DNA from: a virus
Lineage: Duplodnaviria > Heunggongvirae > Uroviricota > Caudoviricetes
IMG/VR virus record: IMGVR_UViG_3300025896_000021
DNA: 64,000 nt
Reading direction: 5' to 3' (one strand)
Below are positions 1 through 14,900 of the stretch, in pieces. The notes beneath the pieces are model-generated. The model was given only the letters and a program-made list of their open reading frames with translations, searched no databases and had not been told where the DNA came from. The position numbers and the translations under genes are program-made. Within the stretch, counting starts at the first letter, position 1. Every line of letters begins with the position of its first letter.

Positions 1-2943
1 AACTTAACTATCTTGTGGAATGATCCAGCTAATCCAAATTGGCAAGAACAGTTCAATAGCATCATCAATGCAGCATTGATTGACACTCAAAGAGTAGGAC
101 GTCCGGGAAACACTAAAACTATTTTGGATGTAAAGACCGACGAGTATAGCATAAGTATTCCAACTGGTGTTACTGCAACTGCTCCCTTTAATGCGACAGT
201 CGACGGTGTTACTATGGATTTCGAGTGCGTTAGTGTGACTAGCGTAAATTCTGACAGTTTGTATGAATTGCCACCGGGACCTAACGGTAAATTCAACATA
301 GTATATCGCAATGACAGATTAGGCTACGGTAGCCCTAATACAGGATTCTTCATGTACTTCAAACAAGGCTCATTGAGAACATATAATTTTAACTTGCTTG
401 AACAAATTAGCAGTCAAGTAGTCGATATCAATATTCAAGGTATTAATAATACAGACACTTGGTTATACAGTACAGACACAACTGCGTCTACGCTAACCCG
501 GTGGACTCAAGTAGACAGCATCTATGCCAACAATAGCTCGCAAGTAGCTAGCACTAACAAAAAAGTCTTCAGCGTAGCTTCTCGCTTCAATGATCAAGTA
601 AGTTATGTGTTTGGTGACGGTGTATTTGGTGAGATTCCGATTGGTAACTTTACGTCATATGTTCGTGCAGGCAATGCACTAACCTATACAATCAATTCAG
701 GTGAATTGCAAGGTACTACTGTTAGTATTAACTACATCAGCCGTGTTGGCCGTGTCGAAACACTTACTCTGACTATGGAACTAACTTTGCCTGTAGCAAA
801 TGCCCAAGCACGTGAGACATTGCAAAGTATCAAACAACGTGCCCCTCAACGTTTTTATAGCCAGAACAGAATGGTTAACGGAGAGGACTATAATAACTTC
901 CCGTATACATTGTACGGATCAATCATTAAGAGTAAAGCACTTAATCGTAGCAGCGTTGGTGTAAGTCGCAATTTTGACTTACTAGACCCAAGCGCAAAGT
1001 ATTCTAGCACAAACAACTTCAGTGATGATGGTGGACTTTATTTAGATACCAGTGACGGTTATACCACATTCTCTGCAAACACTACGAATGATGTTGTAGC
1101 TTTTCTAACTGAAACATTGAATAGCGAACTAAACAATCATCGTTCATTCCAACACTACACTCAGCACTATAAACGTTATCCAGTAAATCAATCTACTGGT
1201 GATGGTGTTGTTAAGTGGCACCAGTCTTCATTCAATTCACTTGAGTCAACTGGATACTTTTTACACAATGTAGACCCGGTGCCAATCGGAGTATACAGTA
1301 CTGGCAATGTCAAATATCTTACCGAAGGCGCACTGATTCGCTTTACTGCACCTAGTGGATATTATTTTGATCAAGACAATAGATTGATTGAAGGATTACC
1401 CACCCCAGCAGATAGCACGTTCATTTGGACGAGTGTTGCTAGTGTTACCGGTGACGGTAGCAATAATGGTCAAGGTAATCTAGGTAATGGTTTCGGACCG
1501 GTAGTGTTGAATAATCCTATTCCAAACGGAGTTGTGTTAGCTGAAATTCTACCTTCGTTCACTAATTTGTTACCATCAGATGTTATTCAAGATTGTATCA
1601 CGCAGATCACGTTGAATCAAAGTTTTAGTTTGGTTTACAACAATGCATTATTAGCAAACCAAACTCGCTGGGCAGTTGACGCATTCACTGCATCTAATTA
1701 TTTTGTAAAATTTGATAGTCTTGGTAGTAACCGTTACATGGTTACTTACAAGTCTCTTGCATATTATTTTGGTAGCGTGGCCAATATTCGATTTACGTTC
1801 GACAAGAACAGTGTAATCTATGATCCATCAACTGGCAAACTATTGCAAGATTTTGTTAGTATATTAAAATTGAATAGTCAGCCGGACAGTAACTGGCCCT
1901 TCGCTAAAGACAATAAACTAAGTGTCGTTGGGCAGTTAGTTGAAAGTGATGGTTATGTTGATGACTATAGTGTAGAAGTGGCTAGTACTGATCCAAACAT
2001 TGCTGGTGTAGTAAAAGATCCTGATTTCTTCTACGACCTAACTGGTTATGCAACTGGCGCCAAGAACACTACACATTTTGTTTTCTTTGAACAAATTACT
2101 GATGTTAACTTATTGACTAGATATCAAATGGCATCCAACAAGAATATCAATCACGCATACGCTACTAAGGCAGAAATCTCATTAGTGCGTTATGAATATG
2201 CTTCTGGACAAATCTATTATGCAACTACAGAAGATGCATTTTATCAAGCAGCGAATGATGCTACCACGAAAAATGTTATTAACTTGGTTCAAATCAGTAA
2301 CTATGTTGCTAAGATTGGTCGTCAGGGGTTTGCGTTTCAATATAGACACAACTCAAGCAATACTACTCGTATTGATCCAGCAACAACTAACATTATTGAT
2401 TTGTATGTAGTAACACAATCTTACTACACTCAATATCAAAATTGGATTAAAGATACGTCTAGCAAATTGACGGAACCTACAAGCCCAACTATCAATGAGT
2501 TAAATATAGCATACAGTGAAATTAATGATTATAAAATGTTAACTGACAGTGTGATTTTAAACAGCGCAAAATTCAAACCATTGTTTGGAAACAAAGCTGC
2601 ACCTCAGTTACGTGCTACCATCAAGGTTATCAAATCAAGTGCAACAACTGCGAGTGATAGTGAAATTCGCAGTGCGGTGTTGAGTGAGATGAATACATAT
2701 TTCAGTATTGATAACTGGAACTTTGGAGACACTTTCTACTTCACAGAACTTAGTGCATTCTTGCATTCTAAGATTGGTGATCTAGTAAATTCAGTCGTCT
2801 TAGTTCCAAATGATCCTTCGCTGTCGTTTGGTGACTTGTACGAAATTCGTAGTGCACCTTATGAGATTTTTGTCAATGCAGCACAAGCAAGCGATATCAT
2901 GGTTATCAGTGCATTGACACCGGCCGAACTACAAACAAATTAA
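1..2943 (+). CDS. Baseplate wedge subunit, T4 gp6-like (5' truncated by window edge)
   Basis: Frame is open from base 1. Motifs YVFGDGVFGEIP and ETLQSIKQRAPQRFYSQNRMVNGEDY resemble gp6-family wedge proteins. Structural gene context. Confidence 0.75.
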   Translation, partial: NLTILWNDPANPNWQEQFNSIINAALIDTQRVGRPGNTKTILDVKTDEYSISIPTGVTATAPFNATVDGVTMDFECVSVTSVNSDSLYELPPGPNGKFNIVYRNDRLGYGSPNTGFFMYFKQGSLRTYNFNLLEQISSQVVDINIQGINNTDTWLYSTDTTASTLTRWTQVDSIYANNSSQVASTNKKVFSVASRFNDQVSYVFGDGVFGEIPIGNFTSYVRAGNALTYTINSGELQGTTVSINYISRVGRVETLTLTMELTLPVANAQARETLQSIKQRAPQRFYSQNRMVNGEDYNNFPYTLYGSIIKSKALNRSSVGVSRNFDLLDPSAKYSSTNNFSDDGGLYLDTSDGYTTFSANTTNDVVAFLTETLNSELNNHRSFQHYTQHYKRYPVNQSTGDGVVKWHQSSFNSLESTGYFLHNVDPVPIGVYSTGNVKYLTEGALIRFTAPSGYYFDQDNRLIEGLPTPADSTFIWTSVASVTGDGSNNGQGNLGNGFGPVVLNNPIPNGVVLAEILPSFTNLLPSDVIQDCITQITLNQSFSLVYNNALLANQTRWAVDAFTASNYFVKFDSLGSNRYMVTYKSLAYYFGSVANIRFTFDKNSVIYDPSTGKLLQDFVSILKLNSQPDSNWPFAKDNKLSVVGQLVESDGYVDDYSVEVASTDPNIAGVVKDPDFFYDLTGYATGAKNTTHFVFFEQITDVNLLTRYQMASNKNINHAYATKAEISLVRYEYASGQIYYATTEDAFYQAANDATTKNVINLVQISNYVAKIGRQGFAFQYRHNSSNTTRIDPATTNIIDLYVVTQSYYTQYQNWIKDTSSKLTEPTSPTINELNIAYSEINDYKMLTDSVILNSAKFKPLFGNKAAPQLRATIKVIKSSATTASDSEIRSAVLSEMNTYFSIDNWNFGDTFYFTELSAFLHSKIGDLVNSVVLVPNDPSLSFGDLYEIRSAPYEIFVNAAQASDIMVISALTPAELQTN

Positions 2944-2956
2944 TAGGTAATACAGA

Positions 2957-5900
2957 ATGTCAAAAAGAGTTAGAACAATTGATTTTTTACCAGAAATCTT
3001 CAAGACAGATACCAACAACCAGTTTCTATCAGCTACGCTAGACCAGTTAGTGCAGCCTCCAAATTTCAGTAAAATTCAAGGCTACGTGGGTAGCAAGTTT
3101 GGTTACGGTGTTAACGCTACTGACGGATATGTTGCTGAACCAACTAAGACTAGAAAAGATTATCAATTAGAACCTGCAGTTGTCTTCAAAAAGAAAGATA
3201 CACAAGTTGCAATCGATGCTATCACTTATCCTGAATTAATTGATGCATTGCATATTGAAGGCGCCGCAACTGATAATCATCATAAATTATTCACTAATGA
3301 GTTTTACTCTTGGGACAGCTTTGCAGACTTAGATAAACTTATCAATTACAGTCAGTACTACTGGTTGCCACAGGGCCCTGAGCCAGTGAACATCAGTGAT
3401 TCTACTATGTATAAAAGTGGCGCGTTTACAATGCTATCTAACAATGTAGTATATGATATCACTAGTGACTTGTATAAGTTTGACGTAAGCAATCCTACAT
3501 TGACTCTGGTCAGAGGTGGGTCATACACTTTTATCGTAAATCAGAATTCAGAATTCTATATTCAAACTCAGCCAGGTATCACTGGATATGAAAAGCTACG
3601 AACAAACATTAGTACCCGTGAAGTCTACGGAGTAGATGTTAATGGATTAGCTAATGGTACAGTGACATTTGATGTACCATTAGCTAACGCTCAAGATGAA
3701 AACAACTATCCAGGCAACAATCCAGTTGACCTAGTTGTATCTATGGCAATTGGAGATTTGCACGGTAAGAAAGTAAGTGATATTAATAACATCGACGGTG
3801 TTACTAGTTTAGATGGAAAACGTATTGTATTCTATGGAACTCAACCTGGCGTACAATCATACCTAGGCGATTTCTATGGAGAGTTTGGTTTTGATGTTGA
3901 TGATCCTGCACGTGTAGTTCCTACTACCACTGAAGTAACACAGACTGCTGGATCAGTAACTGATTTCGATGAAGAAACATTTGACAGTGACCCGATGAAC
4001 TACACTCGTCACGTAATCACTTGTCTGTCTACTAAAGATTTTTCAGTAAATAGTGTAGTGACATTCTCGGGCATTCCATTCGGCGGCCTGACTGAAGGTA
4101 CTGTTTACTATATTGAATCTATTCTCAGTGACACTACTTTTACAGTGTCTACCTCTTTGTATGGAACAGCAGTAGAACTAACTGATGCTACTACCAACGA
4201 GAACGGTAAATTATTTTTAACAGTACATGATGGTGGATTCGAAGAAGGTAGCCTAACTACCGTCAATGACAACTTCTATACTATCAAATATATCGGTGAT
4301 GAATTAGATCCTATCATCAGCGTGTACGAAGACGGCGTTATCCCTAACGATCAAACTATTCTTATTAACTACGGTACTAAGTATGTAACACGTCATTTTG
4401 TACGTAATGCATATGGTGAAATTTTACTAGTACCGTTGATCACTGCTAACCTAGATAAATTGTATTACCAAGCTGGTGCTAATCCTGATCAGTATGGAAC
4501 TATTAAGTTGATTGACGCTACTAGTCTTTCAGGTATAGATATTAGCGAGATCATCGGTAAAAAAACATACACTAGTCCAAACGGTGTTCAATTTACTAAT
4601 GGTCTAAAAGTAAAATTCAACGGCACAGTAGTCCCAACTCAATACACAACTGATCAATACTACGTAGAAGGTGTTGGTACATCTATTGCATTGCTACCAG
4701 TGAGCGAGCAATTAGTTCCTGAACCATTCGGTCAAGGATTCTTTGCCCCATTCGATCAGGTGTCGTATGATACGGATGCATACGGTAATGCACTACTAGT
4801 TCCAGCAGACAGCGATTACCTAACTATCAATCGTAACAGCAATAGCCAAAATGCGTGGAGCCGCAGTAATCGTTGGTTCCACATTGATGCACTGAATACG
4901 GTGCTGGCTAACAATGACAACAGTCCTATGGTCAAGGCCGCATTGGCTAGTACTACTGCTAGAGCAAAGCGTCCGATCATTGAGTACTATGCTAACCTCA
5001 AGCTATTCAATTCAGGCACTAACGGCAAAGCTCCAGTTGATTACTTAAACTTCACCGTGACCGATGCACTTAACCAAGTTGCCGGCAAGACTGCATTTTT
5101 TCCGGACGGCAGTGCAAATGAATTGTTCGATGGAGCTAGAATTATATTTGCCAATGATTCTAATATTGAAGTAAGAAACAAGATTTTTGTTTGCAACTTT
5201 AGTAAAGTCTCACCTGATCAAGTGCCAACTATCACGTTGAGCAGAGCATATGACGGGGATGTGGCATATAATGACCAGACTGTTATTGTTAAAGGAGATC
5301 AGTATCAAGGTAAGAGTTATTACTTTGACGGATCTACTTGGAGCGTAGCTCAATTAAAGAAGTACGTAAACCAATATCCTAAATTCGATGTGTTCGACAA
5401 GAATGGAATTAGTTTTGGAGACATAGAGTATTATCCTGGATCAGACTTCACTGGCTCTACGTTGTTTGAATATCAACCTAGTTCGGGAGTTAATGATCCT
5501 ATATTAAACTTCCCAATCAAATATAGCTCTATCACTAACATCGGTGACATAAGTTTTGATGTTAGCTTGAATTCACAGACATTCAACTATGTGTATAATA
5601 GTCAATCTATTACTACTCCCATCAACACTGGGTATGTACATACGTATTCGACCAACACACTATATGACCGACACATTGGTTGGCAAACTGCGGTAGAACC
5701 TACCTTTCAATATCAAGTATTCAACCTAACTTATTTAGGTAGCGATATTGTATGTGACATTCCTGTAAAGGCTGTAGCCGACACTGAATGGCCTGTTATT
5801 ACAGTGTATGTAGATAATCAACGAACTACTGATTATACCTATACAACTTCTGATTCTACTACGACAGTAACCTTAAACACTCCGCCTACAGTAGGAACTC

Positions 5901-8900
5901 CCATTGAGGTTCTATTGTTCAGTGATAGTGTGAGTAAAATTGCATACTATCAAATTCCGTCCAACTTTGATCACAACCCATTCAATGAACAAGTGACTAC
6001 TGTTAACTTGGGTGACCTTCGCGGCCACTACAAGAGCATATGTAATAATATCAAAACACTAATTGGTAGTGCATTTGGTCCTAATAACTTTAGAGACTTG
6101 GGTAATATTGTTCCATACGGTACACGTATTGTACAGAGCAGTGCATCATTGGTCGCACCGGCTATATTCTTGAAATCATCAAACAATAATATTTTTAATG
6201 CATTGTCATTCAATGCAAAAGAGTATACAAAATACAAAGCAGTATTAATAGACACGGTTGATAGATCAGATTACAATCCGTTGCAATCTAACAGTGATAT
6301 TTTAGATGATGCGCTAGATCAGATATCGGGAACTAAGTCTGATGCCAGCTCATTCTTCTGGAGTGACATGCTACCTTCGAAGGGTGCATCTACTACTAAG
6401 ACTTATAATTTTAAGAGTGGTGTAGATTCATCAGTGTACCCACTGACGATGATTTATGACTACACTACTGCTAACTATAATGGCGTGTTAGTATATCTAA
6501 CTAGAAAAATTGACGGTGTATCTAGAAACATCCAACTGGTTAAAGATATCGATTATACTGTTAGTGCGGTCGCAAAAAGTCTATCCATCAGTAAATATCT
6601 GATTCCAAATGATTCTATCACTGTTAAAGAATATGCACAGACATATGGTAGCTATGTTCCTAATACTCCTACTAAGATAGGTTTGTATCCTGCATATATG
6701 CCTGAGGTATTTCAGGATGCAAGTTTCATTACACCTACGTATTTCATTCGAGGTCACGATGGCTCTTACACTAAATTGTATGGTGATTATAATGGTGGTT
6801 TCTTAGAAGACTTTCGAGACAGAGCGTTGTTAGAATTTGAAACTCGTATATACAACAACTTAAAAGTTGTTGCTAAGATTCCATTGCAATATGATGATAT
6901 CTTCCCTGGACAATTTAGAACTACTGATTACACCTTCGATGAATTGAATGCAGTTTATTCTTCTCAATTCTTGAATTGGGTTGGTACAAATCGTGTGGAC
7001 TACAAGAGTCAGTATTATGATGCTACTAATGAGTTTACTTGGAACTATAGTAAGTCTATCAGTAAGCTAACTAATACTAAACTCCAACAAGGTAATTGGA
7101 GAGGTGTATTCTACTGGTTGTATGATACATCACATCCGGATACTCGCCCATGGGAAATCTTAGGAATAAACAATAAGCCGTCATGGTGGGATGCTAGATA
7201 CGGTGCTGCACCATACACTAGTGATAACATATTACTATGGACTGATATTAGTAACGGTTCTATTTGGAATAACGGTGACAGCTATATCAATGCTAAACGG
7301 GTACGTCCTGGATTATTAGACGTGTTGCCAGTAGATTCTAACGGTAAGCTAGTAAGTCCATTCACTAATGTAGTTAATTCATATGATGTTAACACCTTCA
7401 ATAATGAATGGACTATCGGGGATATGAGTCCAACAGAATACAGTTATCGCAAGAGTAGTATGTGGCCATTCGACTTGATGAGAATGTACGCATTAACCAA
7501 GCCAGCGCAATTCTTCTCGTTGGGCATTGACCTAGACATCTATCAATACAACTATGAATTTAATCAATATCTAGTTAATGACAGATTGCGTCAACCACCT
7601 TCAGACTTGTTAGTTTACGGTGCTAGTGCAGATACAGCCGCACATAGTTATTTGAATTGGATTGTTGATTATTTGAATCAATTTGGTATTGATGGTAGTC
7701 AGCAAGTAACTGATTACTTCAATAACACTGATGTTAGATTAACTTATAGAATGGCAGGATTCAGTGATAAAGACCTATTGAAATTCTTTGCAGAAAAAGG
7801 TTCACCTAATAGCAAGAACAATAGCTTATTGATTCCTGACGAGAGTTACAATATCATCTTGTATGAGAACCAACCATACAGTACTATTGTATATAGTTCT
7901 ATCATCATTCAAAAGACTAAGTTCGGATTCAGAGTATATGGTAACAGCCAAGACAAGGCATATTTTGTAATTAGCGATGCAAATCTTAACGGAATATATT
8001 CTACAGTAACAATTAATGATTATTCAATTAGTGTACCTACAAAATTTAGAGATACTACTACATACATTTCATACGGTACTGAATTTGCCACAGTAGAATC
8101 ACTTGCTCAATTTGTGAGCAGCTATGGTAATTACTTAGTAACACAGGGTGTTAAGTTTAACAACATCGAGAATGCATTAGAGTTAAACTGGAATCAAATG
8201 ATTGCAGAACTACTTTACTGGTCTTTGTCTGGATGGGAAGATGGTAGTATCGTTAACTTAAACCCTAACGCTAATAGTATCACCATCACAACTGATATTG
8301 GTATCGTTCAACCATTGACATTGTATCAAGAAAATTACATTCTGAATCAGAATCTAATACCAATCCCATTGAATGATCTAGGTATTACCAGACTAGATAC
8401 TACGTTTACTGCTACTGCATTGAATCAAGGCGACTCATTGAGTTTCATGCGATGCAAAGTTAGCGGTGTCGAGCACATTGTAGTGTTTGATAATACTACG
8501 GTATTCAATGACACTATGTTTAACTTAGTTACTGGCCTACGCCAGCAACGTATCTACGTTAAAGGTACAAAGACCGCAGAGTGGACTGGTCAAATGAACG
8601 CTGCTGGATTTATTATCAATCAAGATAATATACAAGAGTGGGTATCTAACCAGAAGTATAACAAAGGTTCAATTGTAAAATACAAGAATGAATACTGGAT
8701 TGCAAACAGAGTTACTGTAGTACCTGTTAGTAAATTTAACACTGATGAGTGGAATAAAACTTCATATGATAGTATTCAAAAAGGATTATTACCTAACCCA
8801 AGTACTAGAGCATATGAATCTACGTTATATTATAATACTAATGCAGCCAATCTAAAAAATGAAGCGGACTTGTTAAGTTTCTCATTGATCGGATATCGCC

Positions 8901-11900
8901 CACGTAATTATCTAGCTGAAGCTAACTTAGATGATACTACTCAGGTAAATATTTACAAGAATATGATTTCTAGTAAAGGTACTCGTAATGCATTTGATGC
9001 ATTAATCGGGGCAAACCTACAACAATCTAGTTTGACATATGACTTTTATGAAAACTGGGCTATCAAGACTAGTAACTACGGTGGAGTATTGAACAAGAAC
9101 TTTATCGAATTCACTTTGGACGAAAGTCAGTTGCTAGGTAATCCAGCAACGGTTGGCATTGTACACGGTGAAACTGTCGATAATGTTCAGCAGTTAGTCC
9201 AACTGTATGATTTGAAAAACTATGGATATACTATAAACAATACTAATATATTGCCTACTATATCTTCAACCACTGATAGTAAGTTACCGTCTGCTGGTTA
9301 TGTTAATCTTGACGATGTATTGTATACTGGATACTATGTTGATAATCTAGATAATGCTTCTATCAGTAACTTATATAAAAATGACTACGTATGGATTGCT
9401 GACAAGATAGGTGAATGGAAAGTATATACTCCTATCCCAACAGTAGCACGATTGACGAACGTTGTAAACAACTTAAACAATACCGCTACGTTTACCTTCA
9501 CTTATCACCATGACTTAGCGGTTAATGATATAATTGGTATTATTGATTATGACTATCGTGTCAATGGATACTACACTGTAGTCTCTGTTAACAGTTTAAC
9601 TTCTATTGTGGTCAGTTTAACTTTGGATTCTGGTGTAACTTCTATTAACAGTAATAAAAGTAACATCATGTTCAAGTTCTATAACCAACGTGTAACCAGC
9701 GCCAAAGATATTTCTACTCTAGAACTTCTAAACGCAGACTATGTGAAAAACAAAGTATGGGTTGATAAAAACCAAAACGGTGAATGGAGTGTATTACGCA
9801 AGACCAATAACTATGAGTATACTAACTTCATTAAGCCGGGCAATACTATTGAGTTTGGTAGTGCAGTAGCTTACACTGAAAAATTAGGTTACTTTGTTTC
9901 CGATCCAGCGAATAGCAAAGTGCATCGTTTCGTAGAAACGTCATCCGGTAATAGTCAGTACGCATTGGTGGATACTATTACTCATGGTCAAGGCTATGGA
10001 ACTGCGATGGTCAAAAATGATGATATAATGATTATATCACAACCTGATCCGTTTGGCGACTTGAGCATTCTATATGTTTATAGAATGGTGAAGACTGACA
10101 GAATCACGTCATTAGTAGAGGAACAAATTCTAGCAGTGGCTGGATTTAGACTAGGAGATAGTTTAGCACTTTCCGGTGACGGAGAGTTATTCTATGCTAG
10201 TGTCATCGACCTTAATGCTATTATTGAATTCCAGCGCAGTGCTGATTACTCATACTATAATATAGGTGCAGTATTAAAATCAGCAGTGACACCCGGCTCA
10301 ACATCATTTGAATTGTATGGTAACATCCCTAACTTGGTACCCGGACGTTATATCACGTTTACTAATTTTGGATATGATGACAAATATACAGTAGTAACTT
10401 CAAAGTACAATTCGTCAACTGATTCTACTACTGTGTATTTGAGTGAAGCAGTGTTGTACAGCGTGAGCACTGGCTCAGCGGTATACAGAGCGAGTGTTAG
10501 TTATTTCATCTTGGGTGCAATTTCTAGTGAAGGATTAGCTAACGGCAGTGATCTATTCAGTTCTAGTCTAGCTACTAACTATGACGGTAGCAAACTGTTC
10601 GTAGGCTCTCCTCAATCTGACTTTAGCCAACAGTTACTAGATTCCGGTTATGCATTCGTATACGACAGACTGATTGAAAATTGGGAAGTCATTACTGATA
10701 GTCCGGGTAATAGCTTTACGTTATTCTTCTTGCCTTGGCAACCTACCCCTACATCGGTCGTCTATATCAATGATGTAAAGCTACACCCATCATACTATGT
10801 ATTGATTTCGAATCTATTAGTGATAGGTCCTATCTTACGTGCAGGCGATGTAGTTACTGTTAGTAGTGGTAACATGGTATTAGTACAAGAATTAGCAAGC
10901 TACGACTTGATTGAAGAAATTGATCCAGGTGCTAAGTTCGCATGGTCATTAGATTGCAATACCTCTGGTAGTGAACTATTGATTGGTAGTCCGTTCAACT
11001 TGAATCAAGAAGAAAAAGAAGGAGCAGTGTTCAGATACTCTAACGAAGGTAAACACTTTGGTAGAATTACTGGTATATTACAATGTCACCTATTAGAACC
11101 AGCTAGCATTTTGATTAACGGTTATCGCGTTGCGTTACCTGATCCTACTATGTCTGCCCCTGGTGATGCGTTCTACGTAGCAAACAAAATTAATCAAGCA
11201 GTTATTACCAACGTTTTTGCATATGCAACTGAAGACAATCGCTTAGTAATTCGCCTACGTGATGTAGACTTGAATCCAATCAACAACAAACTGAACTTGA
11301 CTGTATTCAACGGTAATATCATGGCAGAGCTTGGTATTGCTATGTACTTGAAGACTCAAGTTATATACGATCCTCATGCAGAGACCCGAACTCAGTTTGG
11401 CTACAAGGTTAAATTCAATGAACAGAATAGTTTCATCGTAAGTGCCCCTGCTGCACCTCGTTATATGGGTACTCAGTTCGACTTCAGTAATGATGAGAAC
11501 AACCACAACGATACTGTATTTGATAATAACTTTACGCAGTGGGAAGACAAGTACGGAGACGCTGGTACAGTGTATATGTATGACTACATTCCTTCATACA
11601 ACGAAAGTTTGGTAACTGCTAGTAACTATGTATATTCGCAAACACTCCCTGATCAGGAGCTTGCATATGGTCGTCAACCATATTACGGTCAATCATTAGA
11701 CTTTATTAAAAACAAAGTAATGATCGGTACACCAAACTTTAAGAATGGTTCTATAAACGGTCGAGTGACTGTATATGAAAATAATGTCGGTGCAGCTAAC
11801 TGGGCAGTGTATAGAGAGTCTGCGCTTGTAACTGATATCACTAAGATTCAGAAAGTTCAAATCTACAATAACATCACTGATGTAACAGTGGAATCGCTTG

Positions 11901-14900
11901 ATTACTTTGATCCTCAACAGGGTAAATTGTTAGGACCTATACGTGAAAATATAGACTTCATTACTTCTGTTGATCCAGCTGGATATAACAATACGAATGC
12001 TAAAGGCAACATGGCATGGGGCAAGAATCAAATCGGTAAGATTTGGTTTGACGTAACCACAACTAAGTTTATCAACTATCATCAAAATGATGTAGTGTAT
12101 AACAGCAAGTACTGGGGTAATGTATTCCCGGGAAGTACTGTAACAGTATATAGTTGGATTGAAAGCGATGTAATGCCAGCGTTCTATATTGGTACAGGCC
12201 AACCATATAACTTTGGTAATTATAGTTTAGGATTCGAAACTGATGCAAGTGGAAACCTATCAACTCGTTATTACTACTGGGTACGCAATACTGACACGTT
12301 ATTTGGCTTACAAGGTAAGACATTAACCGATACAGTCATTGCTCAGTATATCGCTAATCCACAAAGTTCTGGTATTGCATATTTTGCAGCACTGTCTCCT
12401 AGCGTATATTCATTGTATAACGTGCGTGATTTTATCTACAGCAAAAATACTAACTTGCATATTGGTTTCAGTACCAACGACATTGATATTCCTAATCACA
12501 GTGAGTATCAATTAATTCGCAATGGTTATGCTAATGATTTCTTACGTGGAGTACCAGATAATATTAACTATGTAGAGCCTGCAGGATTGTACAACAAGTT
12601 CTTGAATAGCTTTGCGGGTGTAGATGAGATAGGTCAAGTATTACCTAATCCTAATCTACCTAAACTATTACAAATTGGTATTGGTACTCGTCCTAATCAA
12701 TCGTTGTTTATTAACCGATTCAGTGCGTTAGAGAATTATCTACAGTATGCAAATACTGTAATGAAAACTTATCCAATCAATGAACTGAGCACTATAACTT
12801 TCTTGAACACTTACGGTGATTCATTCGACACACGCAAATATTGGCAAAATATTTATTGGTGGGCTGATGGATATAGCAGTACAACTAAAACTGCATTTGA
12901 AGTTGCAACTTACTATGACTTACTAAAGGTTACTGCGAAAGAAGAACTAATAGTTGGTGTTAGTATGAACAGCCAAGGTAACCGTGAAGTGTACAAGTAT
13001 ATAACTAGTTCATGGGTTCGTATTGGTTTAGAAGATGGTACTATTGAATTCTTGCAAACTCTATGGGATTACGAGAACAATAGAATCGGATTCGGCGATG
13101 TATTCTTTGACACAGTTTCATTCGATGCATATCCTTCAATTGAAACCAAGTATATTGTTCGTGCGCTTAATGAGCAGATTTACGTTGGACCATTGACCAT
13201 CTATAAGAACAAGAGTTTGATATTGATGTTCGAATATATTCAAAGTGAAAACGTAGAATCACAGAATTACTTACCATGGTTGAACAAAACTAGCTTGGCA
13301 GATGTTAGCTATAACATTCGTAGCTTGCTACCGTACCAAAAGTATCAAAGTGATAACACTAATTTACTTGAAGGTTACTTAAATGAAGTTAAACCATATC
13401 ACGTAGTCCTTAAAGAATTCAGTTTCAAATACGATGGTATAGATACATTCGACGGTAACATTACTGACTTTGACTTACCTTCAAAATATAATTCTACACT
13501 AAAACGATTTGTATCACCGCAGTTGTCATATAGTTCATCATTATCCGGTGGAGAGTATAATAGTGCAGACGCAATTTGGTCTAGTGATGCTGAATATCAA
13601 TCTTGGATCAGTAACTATGGTCTAAAATTAATTGCTAAGAAAAATCAAGTCGTAGCGAGATTAGTAAAGTACGTTAATACTATTAGCCAATCACTATATG
13701 TAGATAATGCTAGAGGATTGCCTGCTGCAGGTATCATCACGATTGGTGGAGAATTGATTGCCTATTCTAAAGTAGATAGAAACCGTGGTAAGTTGTCTGG
13801 ATTAAGTCGCGGAATGAGTAACACTAAGGTTACTACTCATCTTCCTGATACTAGTGTTTATGCTGATTTACCGAGCGTTATCGTACTGGATACCGGACGT
13901 GGATATATTGACCCACCGATAGTTAAAGCATACATCGATACATCGAAGTATCCTGCACCAACACGTGAAGCAGTATTGAAAGCTGCAATGAGCGGCGATA
14001 AAGTAATTGAAGTCGAAGTAATTGATCCAGGAGAAGGTTATGCTGTTGCTCCGGAAATTATATTCCAAAGTGCATTTGAGACTGTGTTCAATGAGAGTGA
14101 TATTAACTTCCAATCAAACTTATTGGTTCTAGATCCTACTGACATTGTAACTGGTGATTTGATTAAGATCATTGCCGGTGGTAATTCTGATGAAGCTATT
14201 ATTTCTGGTTACTACTACGTTACCGTACTAGGATTTAACAGTGGTTCTAGTGGGGTTAATGACAAACCGGTAGTATCGTTGCATTACAATTACAGAGACA
14301 GTACGGTCGGAGAACATAAAGTGGTGTTCAAGAAGATCACTACTGCATTGTCATATACGTTGCAGATGGTACCTAGAGCGATTGCAGTTACAACTAGTCC
14401 GTTGATCCGATCTATCAATACTACTATGAGGTTAGATAGAACGAGCTATCAAACCATGATTGAAGAATGGAAATCAGGTACATACTGGCCTAGTCCATTC
14501 AACAGTTTAGGTAATGATGCTAGTACTGATACATCGTTGAGCTACGGCATACCGTTTACGTTCGAATACAATGACGGTAAGAACTTTCAAAACAGTGCTT
14601 ATGGTGCTGGAGTGAAGTTTACTGTGTATAATCAAACAATGTTAGAAATGTATGCAGTGACTATCGAAGCGTCGGGCGCCGGATATACAGTGGGTGATAC
14701 TATCACGGTAGAAGGTTACTATTTAGATGGAGTTACCGGTACAAACGATTGTACTATTACAGTAACCTCTATCATTGGTTCATATGCAACTGGCCCTATT
14801 AAAACAGTAACAGTATTGGGAACTCCGTACTCTCAAAGCGGCGCAGGCGCTCAAGGTGCATTGCTTCCAATCATGGCTACGGAAACAGTAGAAGACGCAG